Of a stretch of 64,000 nucleotides of DNA, positions 1 to 10,199 are shown piece after piece; within the stretch, counting starts at the first letter, position 1, and each line of letters opens with the position of its first letter. The stretch comes from a virus. Its lineage: Duplodnaviria; Heunggongvirae; Uroviricota; Caudoviricetes. The notes beneath the pieces were generated by a model, which was not told the DNA's origin, made no database searches, and saw only the letters and a program-made list of their open reading frames with translations. The DNA lies in the IMG/VR virus record IMGVR_UViG_2623620416_000002, positions 41,253 through 105,252 of that record; one strand, 5' to 3'. A program made the translations under genes and the position numbers.

Positions 1-339
1 ATGCATGGTTTAATTCAAGCAATGAATGATTATGACCATGAGAACCCTTCAAAGGCAAGTTTTGCTACTCATGCTGCAAATAAAATCCGTGGATTACAAA
101 TGACGGCAATGAAGAATCAAGATGCGATTCCAACTGAAGTTCGTCAAGCTCAAAAGAAATTTGCATCTAAGGCATCAATGCCTAAACCAGATATTAAACA
201 AGTTATTGGAGCACATCCAAAGGCACCTGAGATTCATGATCGATTGGCGCGCGTTGGTGCAGCTCGTGGCGCAGTAAAGATTCGCAAAGCGTCAGCACCA
301 AAACCTGGTGGAACTAGCGGAACAGGCGGAGGAATTTAA
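1..339 (+). CDS. hypothetical protein, 5'-partial (start lies outside the window); Gly-rich C-terminus
   Basis: ORF runs in from the window edge; its stop overlaps the next start (TAATG); first gene of the + strand structural block. Confidence 0.4.
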   Translation: MHGLIQAMNDYDHENPSKASFATHAANKIRGLQMTAMKNQDAIPTEVRQAQKKFASKASMPKPDIKQVIGAHPKAPEIHDRLARVGAARGAVKIRKASAPKPGGTSGTGGGI

Positions 340-1175
340 TGCCTATTAGTAAGACAACTACACAAGCTGCGTTCCCTTATCTAAACGTTGATCAAGAAGG
401 AACACCAAACAGATACATGAATCTTCCTACTCCTGCTGGTATGAGATCAACTGTATTATTTGGTCTTCCACTTCGTTCATTCTTAACTGGTGAAGAAGTT
501 ACTGATGCAGCTATTCAGCATTATATTGATGAAGCTATTTCAGAAATTGAACATACACTCGATCTATATATTACGCCTGTAACTTTTAGAGAACGTCATG
601 ACTATAGTGCACATCAACAATTTTGGAGTCGCGGTTATATTAAAGTTAATCATGGCCCAATCTTAGATGTGTCTAAGTTTCAATTATCATTTAACAATGG
701 AAATATTGGCCCTGGATCTTTTCCACTAATTGATATTCCACTAGAGTATATTCATACGCAACCGCAAGAACAAACAATGCAAATAGTTCCTGCAACTGGG
801 GTTACTGTTTCTGGGTTTATTGCTTCTATTTACTCTGGTCTAGCTTTCCATGCTATGGGTTCTTCAGGAGTTAGCAACTGGCCTGGAGCAATCCAAGTAG
901 AATATAGAGCAGGATTTGAGACTGGCAAAGTTCCTGCGTTGTTAGTTGGTCTTATTGAAAATATGGCAGCATTTAAGTTGCTATCAATAATGGGTCCAAT
1001 TTTATTTCCGCATAATGGGGTATCGATCAGTATCGATGGTACTTCACAAAGCACTTCAACGCTTGGTCCTGGTTTCTTGCAAAATCGTTTAAAAGATCTA
1101 AACGATATGATCGAGAAACAAATGGATGCAGCAAAAGGGTACTATCAGAAGCGATTCTTGATAGATTACATTTAA
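339..1175 (+). CDS. hypothetical virion/structural protein (278 aa)
   Basis: Long ORF translationally coupled to neighbours in a co-oriented block that ends in tail-fibre-like genes; no recognisable catalytic motif. Confidence 0.5.
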   Translation: MPISKTTTQAAFPYLNVDQEGTPNRYMNLPTPAGMRSTVLFGLPLRSFLTGEEVTDAAIQHYIDEAISEIEHTLDLYITPVTFRERHDYSAHQQFWSRGYIKVNHGPILDVSKFQLSFNNGNIGPGSFPLIDIPLEYIHTQPQEQTMQIVPATGVTVSGFIASIYSGLAFHAMGSSGVSNWPGAIQVEYRAGFETGKVPALLVGLIENMAAFKLLSIMGPILFPHNGVSISIDGTSQSTSTLGPGFLQNRLKDLNDMIEKQMDAAKGYYQKRFLIDYI

Positions 1176-1184
1176 GGGGTAATA

Positions 1185-2408
1185 ATGAAAGACAATAAGA
1201 TGTTAGAAGTTACACCTGATGGCAAACAAGAAATTGTTGAAGGAAAAGAACCTCTGAAAAAAGATCCAAAGAAAAAGACTTTGAAAGAAAAGTGGAATGA
1301 ACTTAAAAAAGGTTTAGATTCTTCTAAAGCTATTATGGATATTGCTGCAGCTCAACAAGCTGAAGAGCAACCAGAAGAACAAATGATGCAAGATCAAGGT
1401 GATGAAGTTGATGCTTCTGAGGGGGATTCAGAAATGGAAACTCCAGAAGACGCAGAAATGACTGAAGAACAACCTGAAGGTGATGATTTTGAAGGGGAAG
1501 ATTACGATCAATCGGATGAAAATTCTCAACCAGAAATGGAAGAAGAAGAGTCCGAAGAATCTGGTGCTAACGACCACTTAGATCCTGAAGCAGGAGATGA
1601 CGATGGCGAAGAAGCCGTGCAAGAGATGCCCGTGGATGAAATGTCAGAATTGTCCGATGAAGACGACGGAGCCGATGCCGGAGCCGACGACGAAGCCGGA
1701 GAAGCCGACGGAGATCCAGACGCTGACGAAAAAATAAAACAAGCTTTAACTGACGAAGGATATTCTGAGCCAGAAATTGCTTATATTCTTCATGGTCATC
1801 ATTCTCCTACATACGATGAAGGTAAAGAAGCTAAAGCTCATGCTACGTATGCTATGTCAGATGTTGATGTTGATTCTGCTAGAAAGCAAAATGAAGCTGA
1901 CTTACAGATGAAATTAAAAGCTCAAGACTTGGAGCATCAGCACGCTATGCGTATGAAGGATTTAGAGTTCCAACATGCACAAATGCAATCTCCCGATCCT
2001 GAGACTGAAAAGAATCATAAAAAGCGAATGCTTGATCTTGAGTATGAAAATGCTAAAGCTCAATCACCTGATGGTTCTGACAAAGAGCATCAAAAACGAA
2101 TGATGGATCTTGAATTTGAGAATGCTCGTGCTAACTCAGCAGACCCTGAGATTCAAAAGCAAATGGCTCAAATGGATCTTGAATTACGCAAACTTGAAGT
2201 TGAGCAGCGTAAGCAAGAGATTAAAATGGAGCTTGAGTATAAGAAAAAAGAGATGGATCTTAAGTTGAAACATTCTGAAGCTATGGCGCAAAAGAAGCTT
2301 AAAGAAAAGCTTGCTGAAAAGCCAGCACCTAAAGCTCCTGCAAAGAAACTTAAGAAATCTAATGAAGAAGAAATTACATTAGAAGAGGAAACTGATGAGC
2401 AAGATTAA
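1185..2408 (+). CDS. highly acidic protein with C-terminal tandem coiled-coil repeats (scaffold/internal-protein-like)
   Basis: SD GGGGTAATAATG; N-terminal half is extremely D/E-rich; C-terminal half holds 5–6 degenerate ~21-aa repeats (KRMxDLE[FY]ENAxAxSxD…) and a K-rich tail. Confidence 0.6.
   Translation: MKDNKMLEVTPDGKQEIVEGKEPLKKDPKKKTLKEKWNELKKGLDSSKAIMDIAAAQQAEEQPEEQMMQDQGDEVDASEGDSEMETPEDAEMTEEQPEGDDFEGEDYDQSDENSQPEMEEEESEESGANDHLDPEAGDDDGEEAVQEMPVDEMSELSDEDDGADAGADDEAGEADGDPDADEKIKQALTDEGYSEPEIAYILHGHHSPTYDEGKEAKAHATYAMSDVDVDSARKQNEADLQMKLKAQDLEHQHAMRMKDLEFQHAQMQSPDPETEKNHKKRMLDLEYENAKAQSPDGSDKEHQKRMMDLEFENARANSADPEIQKQMAQMDLELRKLEVEQRKQEIKMELEYKKKEMDLKLKHSEAMAQKKLKEKLAEKPAPKAPAKKLKKSNEEEITLEEETDEQD
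1909..2290 (+). repeat. in-frame tandem repeats (~63 nt units) inside the acidic protein gene
   Basis: Repeated peptide units MKDLEFQHA…/KRMLDLEYENAKA…/KRMMDLEFENARA…/QMAQMDLELRKLE; a coding repeat, not CRISPR. Confidence 0.5.
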
Positions 2409-3606
2409 GTTTAAACAAATTAATAATAATGAAGTTTCTGTTACATTAGACAGCAATATTCCATTAGATATGGTTGAACAGTTAACAAAAAGTCTTGAAG
2501 CTAAAGGCATGATTGAAGATAAAGCCTCTAGTTCAGTGACTTGTCGTTATTTCTATAAGCCTCAATCTGCAAATAATGTTGCAGATGAGCTTATTAAATC
2601 ACTTCAATCTTTGACTAAAGGTATTGATCCAAGCGATTTATCTAATCCTTATAGCAAAGCATCACAAGCTGCAAATAGAGAAAAGAATAGAATTAATGAT
2701 AGACGAGCGCAAACTGGCTCTCCTCCACTTAATGAATCTCAAATAGCTGCTGCAAAAGTACCTAAAGCACCAGCGGCACCTGCAGCTCCAACAACTCCAA
2801 GTACTCCCGCTTCTGAAAATTCAGGGCCACGTGTTCTTACTGGTGGACCCAATAAATTAGTAAATACTTATAGTAGTCAATCTATGAGTTACAAAAAATC
2901 TGAAGATGGCGATGATTGTGAGTGTTCACAAGAAGATTGTGAAAAATGTATAGCTAAATCTAATTATGGACCTAAAGGTTCGGGACAATATAGTGCTACA
3001 GATAATGCTCGCCGTAAAGCTAATAACACTGGAGATCAAACTGGATTTGGTCAAAATGTTAATACAAAGCAATACACATCGGCTAAGTTTGGAAATTCCA
3101 CTCCACAAACAGATCCTAAATTAAAACGCCCTCAACCTGTTAAGTCTCTTAAAGATGGAACACTAAATCCTAGTGTAGCAGAAGCAATTAAAGCTAAAGC
3201 AAATCTTAAAAAGGGGTGGGGCCAGCACCTACCATTTCCAAGTGCTGAAGAAGAAATTATGAAACTTGCTAAAAGAGCTCCTCAAAGCGGAGAAGATGCT
3301 TCAGCTAATCAATTAGCAGCATTAATGGCAGGTAAGAATTTATTAGGAAATAATGTTCATCCGGCAGTTAAAGCTATGATGGCCCCGCCACCCCCACAAC
3401 CAACCGATGAACAAATGTTTGGTCATTTAGTTGTTTCTGAGGAAATGGCTAAAGCTAAAGAAAATGAATGGTCTAGTCAACTTAATAACTTCTTTGCAGA
3501 AGCAAGTAAACCTATTAGTCAACGATTTTCTTCTGAAGAAGAAGAACTTGCTTATTGGGCTAGCATTAAAGTTGAAGATCGTGATGATGGCAAATCAGGG
3601 TACTAA
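2395..3606 (+). CDS. hypothetical protein, low-complexity (P/A/S/N-rich) with Cys-rich central patch
   Basis: 403-aa ORF overlapping the previous stop; APAAPAAPTTPSTP linker; DCECSQEDCEKC motif. Confidence 0.5.
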   Translation: MSKIKFKQINNNEVSVTLDSNIPLDMVEQLTKSLEAKGMIEDKASSSVTCRYFYKPQSANNVADELIKSLQSLTKGIDPSDLSNPYSKASQAANREKNRINDRRAQTGSPPLNESQIAAAKVPKAPAAPAAPTTPSTPASENSGPRVLTGGPNKLVNTYSSQSMSYKKSEDGDDCECSQEDCEKCIAKSNYGPKGSGQYSATDNARRKANNTGDQTGFGQNVNTKQYTSAKFGNSTPQTDPKLKRPQPVKSLKDGTLNPSVAEAIKAKANLKKGWGQHLPFPSAEEEIMKLAKRAPQSGEDASANQLAALMAGKNLLGNNVHPAVKAMMAPPPPQPTDEQMFGHLVVSEEMAKAKENEWSSQLNNFFAEASKPISQRFSSEEEELAYWASIKVEDRDDGKSGY

Positions 3607-3659
3607 CCTGATATAATAGAGTTGTTATTAAGAGTCTCTGAAGGGTCAGAGATGCTTGG

Positions 3660-4232
3660 TTGGGTAAGGAAATTATGTTAGAGAAACGCTTCATCGCGGT
3701 GCCTCCACAGCTATTTTTAGCTAATGGAACTACTAGTGGTGTATTAAAAGTTGTATATTCTGGCTTCTTCAAAGTGAAGCAACAGATTATTATTAAGTCT
3801 AACACTCAAGGTCCTACCACCGATTTAGAAATCAAAAGAATCACAGACGTTAATACTATTGAAGTTGGCCCAAAAGGCAAGATTGATGCAAGAGCCGATC
3901 TTTCTTTATTTACTGTAGCCGATGGTGCTGCTATATTTGCCAATGAACAGCATCGTCCACTCATTCCTCAAGAAGAAATTGTTAGGGCTGTTTATGAAGA
4001 AGAGCCTGTAGTTGCATATAGAGTTATTGGTGTTGACCAAAGCGGTAATACAGTTAACTGGTCAGAAGATGGCCTAGTTACATCTGAGTTTGATGATGTT
4101 ATTCTTACTCGTGACTTAGATGAGGATATTACTGAGGCACAATTCTTTTTGCGAGGTTCAGAAGTGAGGGACTTAGAACTTTCGTATAATCTAGCTAAAT
4201 CTCTTATTAGAGTAAGAAAGGTTGGTCCTTAA
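3660..4232 (+). CDS. hypothetical structural protein (190 aa)
   Basis: ORF with SD-like AAGGAAAT upstream; stop overlaps next start (TAATG). Confidence 0.5.
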   Translation: MGKEIMLEKRFIAVPPQLFLANGTTSGVLKVVYSGFFKVKQQIIIKSNTQGPTTDLEIKRITDVNTIEVGPKGKIDARADLSLFTVADGAAIFANEQHRPLIPQEEIVRAVYEEEPVVAYRVIGVDQSGNTVNWSEDGLVTSEFDDVILTRDLDEDITEAQFFLRGSEVRDLELSYNLAKSLIRVRKVGP

Positions 4233-4462
4233 TGTCAGTATTTGATAAAACAGTAAAAGACAAAGAGACCATCTTGTTTAATCCCATTACAGGGAAATTA
4301 GACATGGCGTTAAAGTTTAATCCAGATCGTATCGTTACAAATGAACGAAACGCAGCTGGCACATTATTAATGACCTATGATCCTGCTAGTCAGACTCATA
4401 TACTTTCTGATCCTGCTATAGTGGTTGATAATAACGGCAACGTTGTGGTGGTAGGTAATTAA
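4232..4462 (+). CDS. hypothetical small protein (76 aa)
   Basis: Translationally coupled (TAATG at both ends) within the structural block. Confidence 0.4.
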   Translation: MSVFDKTVKDKETILFNPITGKLDMALKFNPDRIVTNERNAAGTLLMTYDPASQTHILSDPAIVVDNNGNVVVVGN

Positions 4463-5424
4463 TGGCTTTACATAAGAATCTAAGAGGCTTAGACCTTCAT
4501 GCACCATCAAATGAGCTTGTTGAGAATAACACAGGTTCTACACTTACTAAACTTAAAGTTGTTCGCTTAAATGGCATGGGTACAGTGTATCCACAAGTTG
4601 AGTTATCGGCCCCAGAATCTTTTTCTAATTTTGGTATTGTAGCGTTCGATATTGCTCCAGGAAAAATTGGATATGTGACTTGTTTTGGTTTTCTATTTGA
4701 AATAGATACTTCTGCATGGACTGTTGGTACAGAGCTTTATTCAGATGCTTCTGGTAATTTAACTACAATCGCTCTTGGTGGTATAGTTGCCACTGTTATT
4801 AGGCAAGACGCTAATTTTGGTGTGTTATATGTTACTTCTAATGCAAATAGTGATGCATTATTGACATCTTGGCGCTTAGATGGTAATAATGGCTTAAATG
4901 ATGCTGTTAATTTTCTTGGTACAGTTGATTTTCATGATTTGCGTATTCGCACTAATAACCTATTTAGAGCAGTAATTGATAAGAATGGTCGCTTTGGATT
5001 AGGTCCAGATATTGTAGCGCCTGCAAATCATTTTCATCAAAAATCTCATACAGGTTTTAGTGGATCTGGACTTCGTCAAGAGACATATTCATTGTCTACA
5101 AATAGTACGGCTAATGAAGTCGCCTTCACAGTTCCTATTGATCAGAACTCAACTGCAAAAATTGAGTTTCACGCTGTAGCTAGGGTTTCAGATGGCTCTG
5201 CTAGAGCAGCTTTTAAGCGAATAGGTCTTTTTTATAGAGAATCAAGTAATGTTCAGATTCAGCGTTCTTGGCAAACAGAATTTACAGAAAAATCAACTCC
5301 AGGTTTCGATGTTAGTTATAGTATGGGTGTTAATGAGGTTACAATGTTTGTAAAGTCATCTACAGTTACTGGAACTTATTGGACTGGGCATGTTAAGATA
5401 GAAGCAGTAAAGACGGATATATAA
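4462..5424 (+). CDS. hypothetical structural protein (320 aa)
   Basis: Long ORF in the structural block; starts ATGGCT like its neighbours. Confidence 0.5.
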   Translation: MALHKNLRGLDLHAPSNELVENNTGSTLTKLKVVRLNGMGTVYPQVELSAPESFSNFGIVAFDIAPGKIGYVTCFGFLFEIDTSAWTVGTELYSDASGNLTTIALGGIVATVIRQDANFGVLYVTSNANSDALLTSWRLDGNNGLNDAVNFLGTVDFHDLRIRTNNLFRAVIDKNGRFGLGPDIVAPANHFHQKSHTGFSGSGLRQETYSLSTNSTANEVAFTVPIDQNSTAKIEFHAVARVSDGSARAAFKRIGLFYRESSNVQIQRSWQTEFTEKSTPGFDVSYSMGVNEVTMFVKSSTVTGTYWTGHVKIEAVKTDI

Positions 5425-5433
5425 GGAGCTATA

Positions 5434-7251
5434 ATGGCTAATATTATTGGTAGATTAACAAATAATGAAGTGGAAATACTTCAAGTAGATGCGGCACCAG
5501 GCGCTGGTGGAGGTACATCTGCACCTATTGGAGCCATTGCAGCCTTTAATTCTGGTTCAGTTGGAACAGCTTATGTTAAAGTGAGTTCATTAGATACTGG
5601 ATGGGATCAAATCAATACATCAGGTGTGTCAGGTGGCGTTTCTTCTGGTGTTGCTGGAAGAATTCCTGTTTACTTTGCTACAGGTAATGTAGTAGATGAC
5701 GTATATGTTCAAAATTCACAAAACGTAATCCTCGCGCATACTACTCATCCTTCGCGATCTGTAGCAATCACTTATACAGTGCCAAATCCTGGCAATGCCA
5801 TTGCTACTGCTGATTTTGTTTTAACTGAAGGTAGCCAAATTATTAATGGTAATAAAACTTTTGGTAATGATATTATTATCAATGGTGCCTTAACTGTTAA
5901 CGGCACATTAACAACTATTAACTCTACAGTAACTGAAATCTCAGATCCTACAATATTACTTAATAATGGTGGTATTGCATCTTCTGGCGGTGGTTCAGGT
6001 ATTGAAATCGAAGAAGCAAGTGTTGTTACTGCCTTCATGACCGTTGCCGCAGCTAGAAATGGTTGGTCTTTTAAAGCTCCAACAAACGCTAACACTGCTA
6101 CACTTTTAACAACTTCTCTTGCAGCAAACAGAGGCTACACGTTACCAGATCTTTCTGGTACCTTTGCTCTTGGTACTGGTATTGCAGGATCTGTTGCTTA
6201 TTGGTCTGGTGCAAATCTTCTTAATGCTAATGCTAACTTTTTCTGGGATAATACAAACGGAAGATTAGGTATTGGAAATAGTGCACCTACAGTTCCACTT
6301 CATGTTACTGGCGCTGCTCGAATCACAAGTTTAGTTGGTCCTGCTCCTGTTCGCTCTGATACAAATGGTAATTTATCAAATGGAACAATATCTTTAACAG
6401 CTGCAACAGATGTTTCTGGTGTTCTTCCTATTGGAAATGGTGGTACAAACTCTGGTGTTGCGCTTAATAATGCGCGCATTATGGTTTCTTCTGGTGGCGC
6501 AATTGTTGAAGCTTCTGCTTTAACTAATGGTCAATTATTAATTGGCTCTACATCAGCTGCACCTGTAGCTGCAAACATAACTCAAGCTGGAACTCTTGGT
6601 GTAGTTATTAGTAATGGTCCAGGTTCAATTACTCTTGATACTGTTCAAGATATTAGAACTTCTGCTTCACCTACATTTGTTACTGCAACTCTATCAGGCA
6701 GAACTACTGGTTCTGTATTGTTCGTTGGTGCAGCCTCTGTTATTCAACAAGATAATGCTAACTTTTTCTGGGATGATACTAATAACCGTTTAGGTATCGG
6801 AAATGCAACTCCTGCGCGTCAACTCGATGTCACTGGATCTTCTATTTTTAGAGCTCCAATTAGATATGCTGATGCTGGTGCATCAAATGCAAATTGGGAA
6901 CTTTTCCAAGCTCAAGTAACAACTACTAATTCTACTACAACAACATTGCAATCAATAACTGTACCGACAGATTCAGTTATGTTGCTTGTGGCAAGAATTG
7001 TGGGTAGACGAACTGGTGGTTCTGCTGGTTCTGCTGGCGACTCAAGCGTTTACATTCGTACTGCTCGATATAAAAATATTGGTGGAACAGTTACAATTAA
7101 TAATTTACAATCTGATTACACTTCAGAGGATCAAAATTCTTGGAATGGAACATTAGATGTAACTGGTACCACAGCAAGGATTCGTGTAACTGGTGCTGCA
7201 AATAATAACATCACTTGGACCACTACGTACGAAATCAAAACATTAAGTTAA
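5434..7251 (+). CDS. tail-fibre-like protein (605 aa) with internal repeats
   Basis: SD AAGGAG 8 nt upstream; G/S/T/N-rich beta-type composition; two copies of the motif ANFFWD(N/D)TNxRLGIGN(S/A)xPxxxLxVTG; N-terminus homologous to the next ORF. Confidence 0.5.
   Translation: MANIIGRLTNNEVEILQVDAAPGAGGGTSAPIGAIAAFNSGSVGTAYVKVSSLDTGWDQINTSGVSGGVSSGVAGRIPVYFATGNVVDDVYVQNSQNVILAHTTHPSRSVAITYTVPNPGNAIATADFVLTEGSQIINGNKTFGNDIIINGALTVNGTLTTINSTVTEISDPTILLNNGGIASSGGGSGIEIEEASVVTAFMTVAAARNGWSFKAPTNANTATLLTTSLAANRGYTLPDLSGTFALGTGIAGSVAYWSGANLLNANANFFWDNTNGRLGIGNSAPTVPLHVTGAARITSLVGPAPVRSDTNGNLSNGTISLTAATDVSGVLPIGNGGTNSGVALNNARIMVSSGGAIVEASALTNGQLLIGSTSAAPVAANITQAGTLGVVISNGPGSITLDTVQDIRTSASPTFVTATLSGRTTGSVLFVGAASVIQQDNANFFWDDTNNRLGIGNATPARQLDVTGSSIFRAPIRYADAGASNANWELFQAQVTTTNSTTTTLQSITVPTDSVMLLVARIVGRRTGGSAGSAGDSSVYIRTARYKNIGGTVTINNLQSDYTSEDQNSWNGTLDVTGTTARIRVTGAANNNITWTTTYEIKTLS
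6232..6317 (+). repeat. internal fibre repeat, copy 1
   Basis: gctaactttttctgggataatacaaacggaagattaggtattggaaat…; ~75% identical to copy 2. Confidence 0.5.
6758..6840 (+). repeat. internal fibre repeat, copy 2
   Basis: gctaactttttctgggatgatactaataaccgtttaggtatcggaaat…. Confidence 0.5.
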
Positions 7252-7262
7252 AGTAGGAATTA

Positions 7263-8360
7263 ATGGCTAAATTAGGCTCAATTACAATTAATGAAATAGA
7301 GATCGTCGAAGTTGACGTGTCTCCTATTATTGATGGGTTTGCTGCCAATGATGGTTCAATTGCTTTTTTAACTGATGGAACTGCGATTTTCTTAAAAACA
7401 GCTGGTGGACCAACTGCTTGGCAATCAGTAAATAAAGCTTTTGTTGGTTTAGGTAACGCCGACAATACTTCTGATGCTAATAAACCTGTATCTACAGCAA
7501 CTCAAACTGCTCTAAATGGTAAGGCTAATTTAGCTGGTGGAAATGTTTTCACTGGAAATCAAGATTTTAGTAATGGTGGTATTTTCTTTGATAGCGGTGG
7601 AGAAACTAGATTTGGCTTAGGTGGCTATACCGATCCAGATCCTGGAACTTTATATAACATAAAATATGGAAGCACTACTTCTCGAAGTATGGCAGTTCGC
7701 GGAATCTCCTATTTCCTCGATCAAATGGGTATTGGTGCACAAACTCCATCGGCTTCTGCAAAATTACAAATAGATTCGACTACACAAGGTTTCTTACAGC
7801 CTAGAATGACATCTGCTCAAAGATTGGCAATAGCTTCTCCAGCTACAGGGCTGCAAGTATATGATACGAATTTATCTGCTAGATGCGTATATGCTGGAAC
7901 GCATTGGTCTTTTGAATATGATATCGCAACAGATGTAATTCAAACAACTACGTCAAGCACTTACGCTAATATTACACAACTCGTAACATCAGATTTAGAA
8001 CCTGGACTTTATGCTGTACGACTTAGAGGTATCATGCAATCAACAGCTACAGCAAACGGAGTTGGTTTAAGATTAGTCGCAAGAACTGCTACAATTTCTG
8101 AAGTAAATATTAATTGGACTTTTTCTCAAGGTGGAGCCGGTACAGATAAAAACTTTGAATATTCACAATTGGCTGTTGGAGATAATGTAACTTCAGCAAG
8201 CGCTCAGACAGCAAACGCTAATTTTCCGGTAGCTGGAGATGGTATTGTGAGAATTAGTGCTCTAGGAACTATAGCTATACAATTTAGATCTGAAAATAAT
8301 GGAACTGGTAGCTCTATTAGACCTAATTCTTCTTTGATTTTTAGAAAAGTGAGCAACTAA
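7263..8360 (+). CDS. tail-fibre-like protein paralogue (365 aa)
   Basis: N-terminus (MAKLGSITINEIEIVEVDVSPIIDG…W) parallels the 5434 ORF (MANIIGRLTNNEVEILQVDAAPGAG…W); G/T/S-rich. Confidence 0.5.
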   Translation: MAKLGSITINEIEIVEVDVSPIIDGFAANDGSIAFLTDGTAIFLKTAGGPTAWQSVNKAFVGLGNADNTSDANKPVSTATQTALNGKANLAGGNVFTGNQDFSNGGIFFDSGGETRFGLGGYTDPDPGTLYNIKYGSTTSRSMAVRGISYFLDQMGIGAQTPSASAKLQIDSTTQGFLQPRMTSAQRLAIASPATGLQVYDTNLSARCVYAGTHWSFEYDIATDVIQTTTSSTYANITQLVTSDLEPGLYAVRLRGIMQSTATANGVGLRLVARTATISEVNINWTFSQGGAGTDKNFEYSQLAVGDNVTSASAQTANANFPVAGDGIVRISALGTIAIQFRSENNGTGSSIRPNSSLIFRKVSN

Positions 8361-8361
8361 T

Positions 8362-8733
8362 ATGATTATTTATAATGGAATAGTTTGCAGAACATTGCAA
8401 GAATTAGAAGATGCAATTATATCTCTACCTGAAGATCAAAAAATACTAATTAGAAATGACTTTAATCAAACAGTTAATTTACAACAAACTAGTATTGCAT
8501 CAGTAACTCCACGACAAATGCGTATCGCTTTAATTATGTCTGGAATATCTTTGTCAACAATAGATGCCATAATTGACACACTACCAGAACCAAATAAATC
8601 TATTACTAGAGTTACATGGGAATATTCTGTTGAGTTTCAAAGAAATAATCCTATTTTAGTTGCCATGGTTCCCGCTTTAGGTTTAACTACACAGCAGATA
8701 GATCAATTATTTGCCCTTGCGATCACTTTATGA
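8362..8733 (+). CDS. hypothetical protein (123 aa)
   Basis: ORF starting 1 nt after the previous stop. Confidence 0.4.
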   Translation: MIIYNGIVCRTLQELEDAIISLPEDQKILIRNDFNQTVNLQQTSIASVTPRQMRIALIMSGISLSTIDAIIDTLPEPNKSITRVTWEYSVEFQRNNPILVAMVPALGLTTQQIDQLFALAITL

Positions 8734-9230
8734 AAGTCAAACTTTCTTATTTATTTTCAAGAAACGAAAAAATTGGTTCTAAAGTTATAGCTTTTGCAAG
8801 CGGTCTTTTAATTAAAGACTTAAAAAAAGTGCCATCTCACATGGCTCTTCTTATAGAAATACCTGAATGGCCAGAGGCTTTTGTATTAGAGTCTGTTTTA
8901 GAAACAGGAGTAAGAATTGTTCCTTACTCAAAGTGGCTTGAAATAAACGAAGAGTGCTACAAAATTCCTTGTAAGCAAGAAAGAAATTTACAAGAAATTA
9001 TTGCATATATGCATGACTATTGGGGAAGAAAATATGATTGGCTAGGAATAGCTTATTTTGCTTGGAGATTCTTTCTTAACTTAGCTTTCAAGAGAGATTT
9101 TCCAAAAGACAATGCTTGGCAATCTGACGATAAGTATTTCTGTAATGAATTAGGTGGCGAGATATCGGGTTACCAAAAATACTCAATGGTAACCCCTGCT
9201 AAGATGTGTTCTGACTTTTTAAAGATGTAG
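8730..9230 (+). CDS. hypothetical protein (166 aa); possible papain-like Cys/His peptidase fold (weak)
   Basis: Conserved-looking His (SHMALLIE) and Cys (YFCNELGG) but no firm family match. Confidence 0.4.
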   Translation: MKVKLSYLFSRNEKIGSKVIAFASGLLIKDLKKVPSHMALLIEIPEWPEAFVLESVLETGVRIVPYSKWLEINEECYKIPCKQERNLQEIIAYMHDYWGRKYDWLGIAYFAWRFFLNLAFKRDFPKDNAWQSDDKYFCNELGGEISGYQKYSMVTPAKMCSDFLKM

Positions 9231-9231
9231 T

Positions 9232-9612
9232 CTAATCTTCGACTATAAGTCCTTCTAACGCTTCAACATCTTGAAAAGTTAGATTAATTTCATTACCTAA
9301 ATCTGAAAGACTAATAGTAGGGATACTTACTTCTAAGTTAGCAAGTTCACCCATTTCTTTAACAAACTCTTGTAAACTGTCTGGTTCAAATTCCACAGAT
9401 TGTTTATCATTTAATAGCAAGTTACCTGCTTCATCTTTTTTACCGAATTTCTTAAGTAAGTTGTTGCGCACTTCTTCATACTTTTGATACTCTTCGCGAA
9501 CAGTCTTAATAACACCTTTTAATTTAAAAGCCACTTTAATTGGAAGAGTGGATGCTGCCAATTTATCTAAGGCTGCATGGAATCTCATATCTGCAATTCT
9601 AGCTAATTTCAT
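9232..9612 (-). CDS. hypothetical protein (126 aa)
   Basis: Good SD (AAGGAGAGGTT) upstream on the − strand; lone − strand gene at the end of the + strand block. Confidence 0.45.
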   Translation of the reverse strand: MKLARIADMRFHAALDKLAASTLPIKVAFKLKGVIKTVREEYQKYEEVRNNLLKKFGKKDEAGNLLLNDKQSVEFEPDSLQEFVKEMGELANLEVSIPTISLSDLGNEINLTFQDVEALEGLIVED

Positions 9613-10036
9613 AACCTCTCCTTATGATAAGATTATACTTATGTGGTTAGAAGCTTTAAAAGATAAGTGGATTGCGTTTATTAACAGGATGAATCGTCTA
9701 GGTATTCCTGTACCTACAGTACGTGACCCTAAGACAGGTAAAGGTTCAATCACAGCGGCCTTAGTTGTATTTTCTGCAGGACTCTTTGGAATTTGTATCT
9801 TATTTATGCTTGCATCTGCTATTGCTAAATGGGCAGGACTGTTTGTCCTTACAGATGCCTCTATTGTTCAAGTTAAAACTGCTGCTGACTATTCATTTCA
9901 ATTTCTATTAGCTGCTCTTGGTGGATACCTTGGTCGCTATATGCAAAAAGGTGACTCTAGTCTTTCTTCTGAGGAATCTCCAACTCAATCAAAGAATCAG
10001 GCGGCCCAGAAGGCTGACGATCCAGATCAGCAATAA
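9548..10036 (+). CDS. small membrane protein with 2–3 TM helices (holin-like candidate); true start probably ATG at 9641
   Basis: TM segments ITAALVVFSAGLFGICILFMLASAIAKWAGLFVL and FQFLLAALGGYLGRY; charged C-terminus; track start overlaps the convergent − strand gene. Confidence 0.4.
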   Translation: MDAANLSKAAWNLISAILANFITSPYDKIILMWLEALKDKWIAFINRMNRLGIPVPTVRDPKTGKGSITAALVVFSAGLFGICILFMLASAIAKWAGLFVLTDASIVQVKTAADYSFQFLLAALGGYLGRYMQKGDSSLSSEESPTQSKNQAAQKADDPDQQ

Positions 10037-10199
10037 GTTGCTGCATCTCATAAATAGCCCCTACAACTTGATGTAATCTTACTTCAATTTCAGCATCTCT
10101 TTTAGAGAGGGCTCTACGTTCATTATCCAAAGATTGGATTTCTTCTGACAATTGAGCTATACGCTTTTCTAATGCTTGTTTCATAAAATGATTATACAA
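9957..10199 (-). CDS. small coiled-coil protein; track start is TTG, the ATG at 10181 is the more likely start
   Basis: Heptad-rich sequence (QLSEEIQSLDNERRALSKRDAEIEVRL); TATAAT sits immediately 5' of the ATG. Confidence 0.4.
   Translation of the reverse strand: MYNHFMKQALEKRIAQLSEEIQSLDNERRALSKRDAEIEVRLHQVVGAIYEMQQLIADLDRQPSGPPDSLIELEIPQKKD

Noticed and set aside
1909-2290. Possible CRISPR-like or direct-repeat array
   Set aside because: The repeats are in-frame, degenerate and encode a coiled-coil protein repeat. There are no spacers and no cas genes anywhere in the window.
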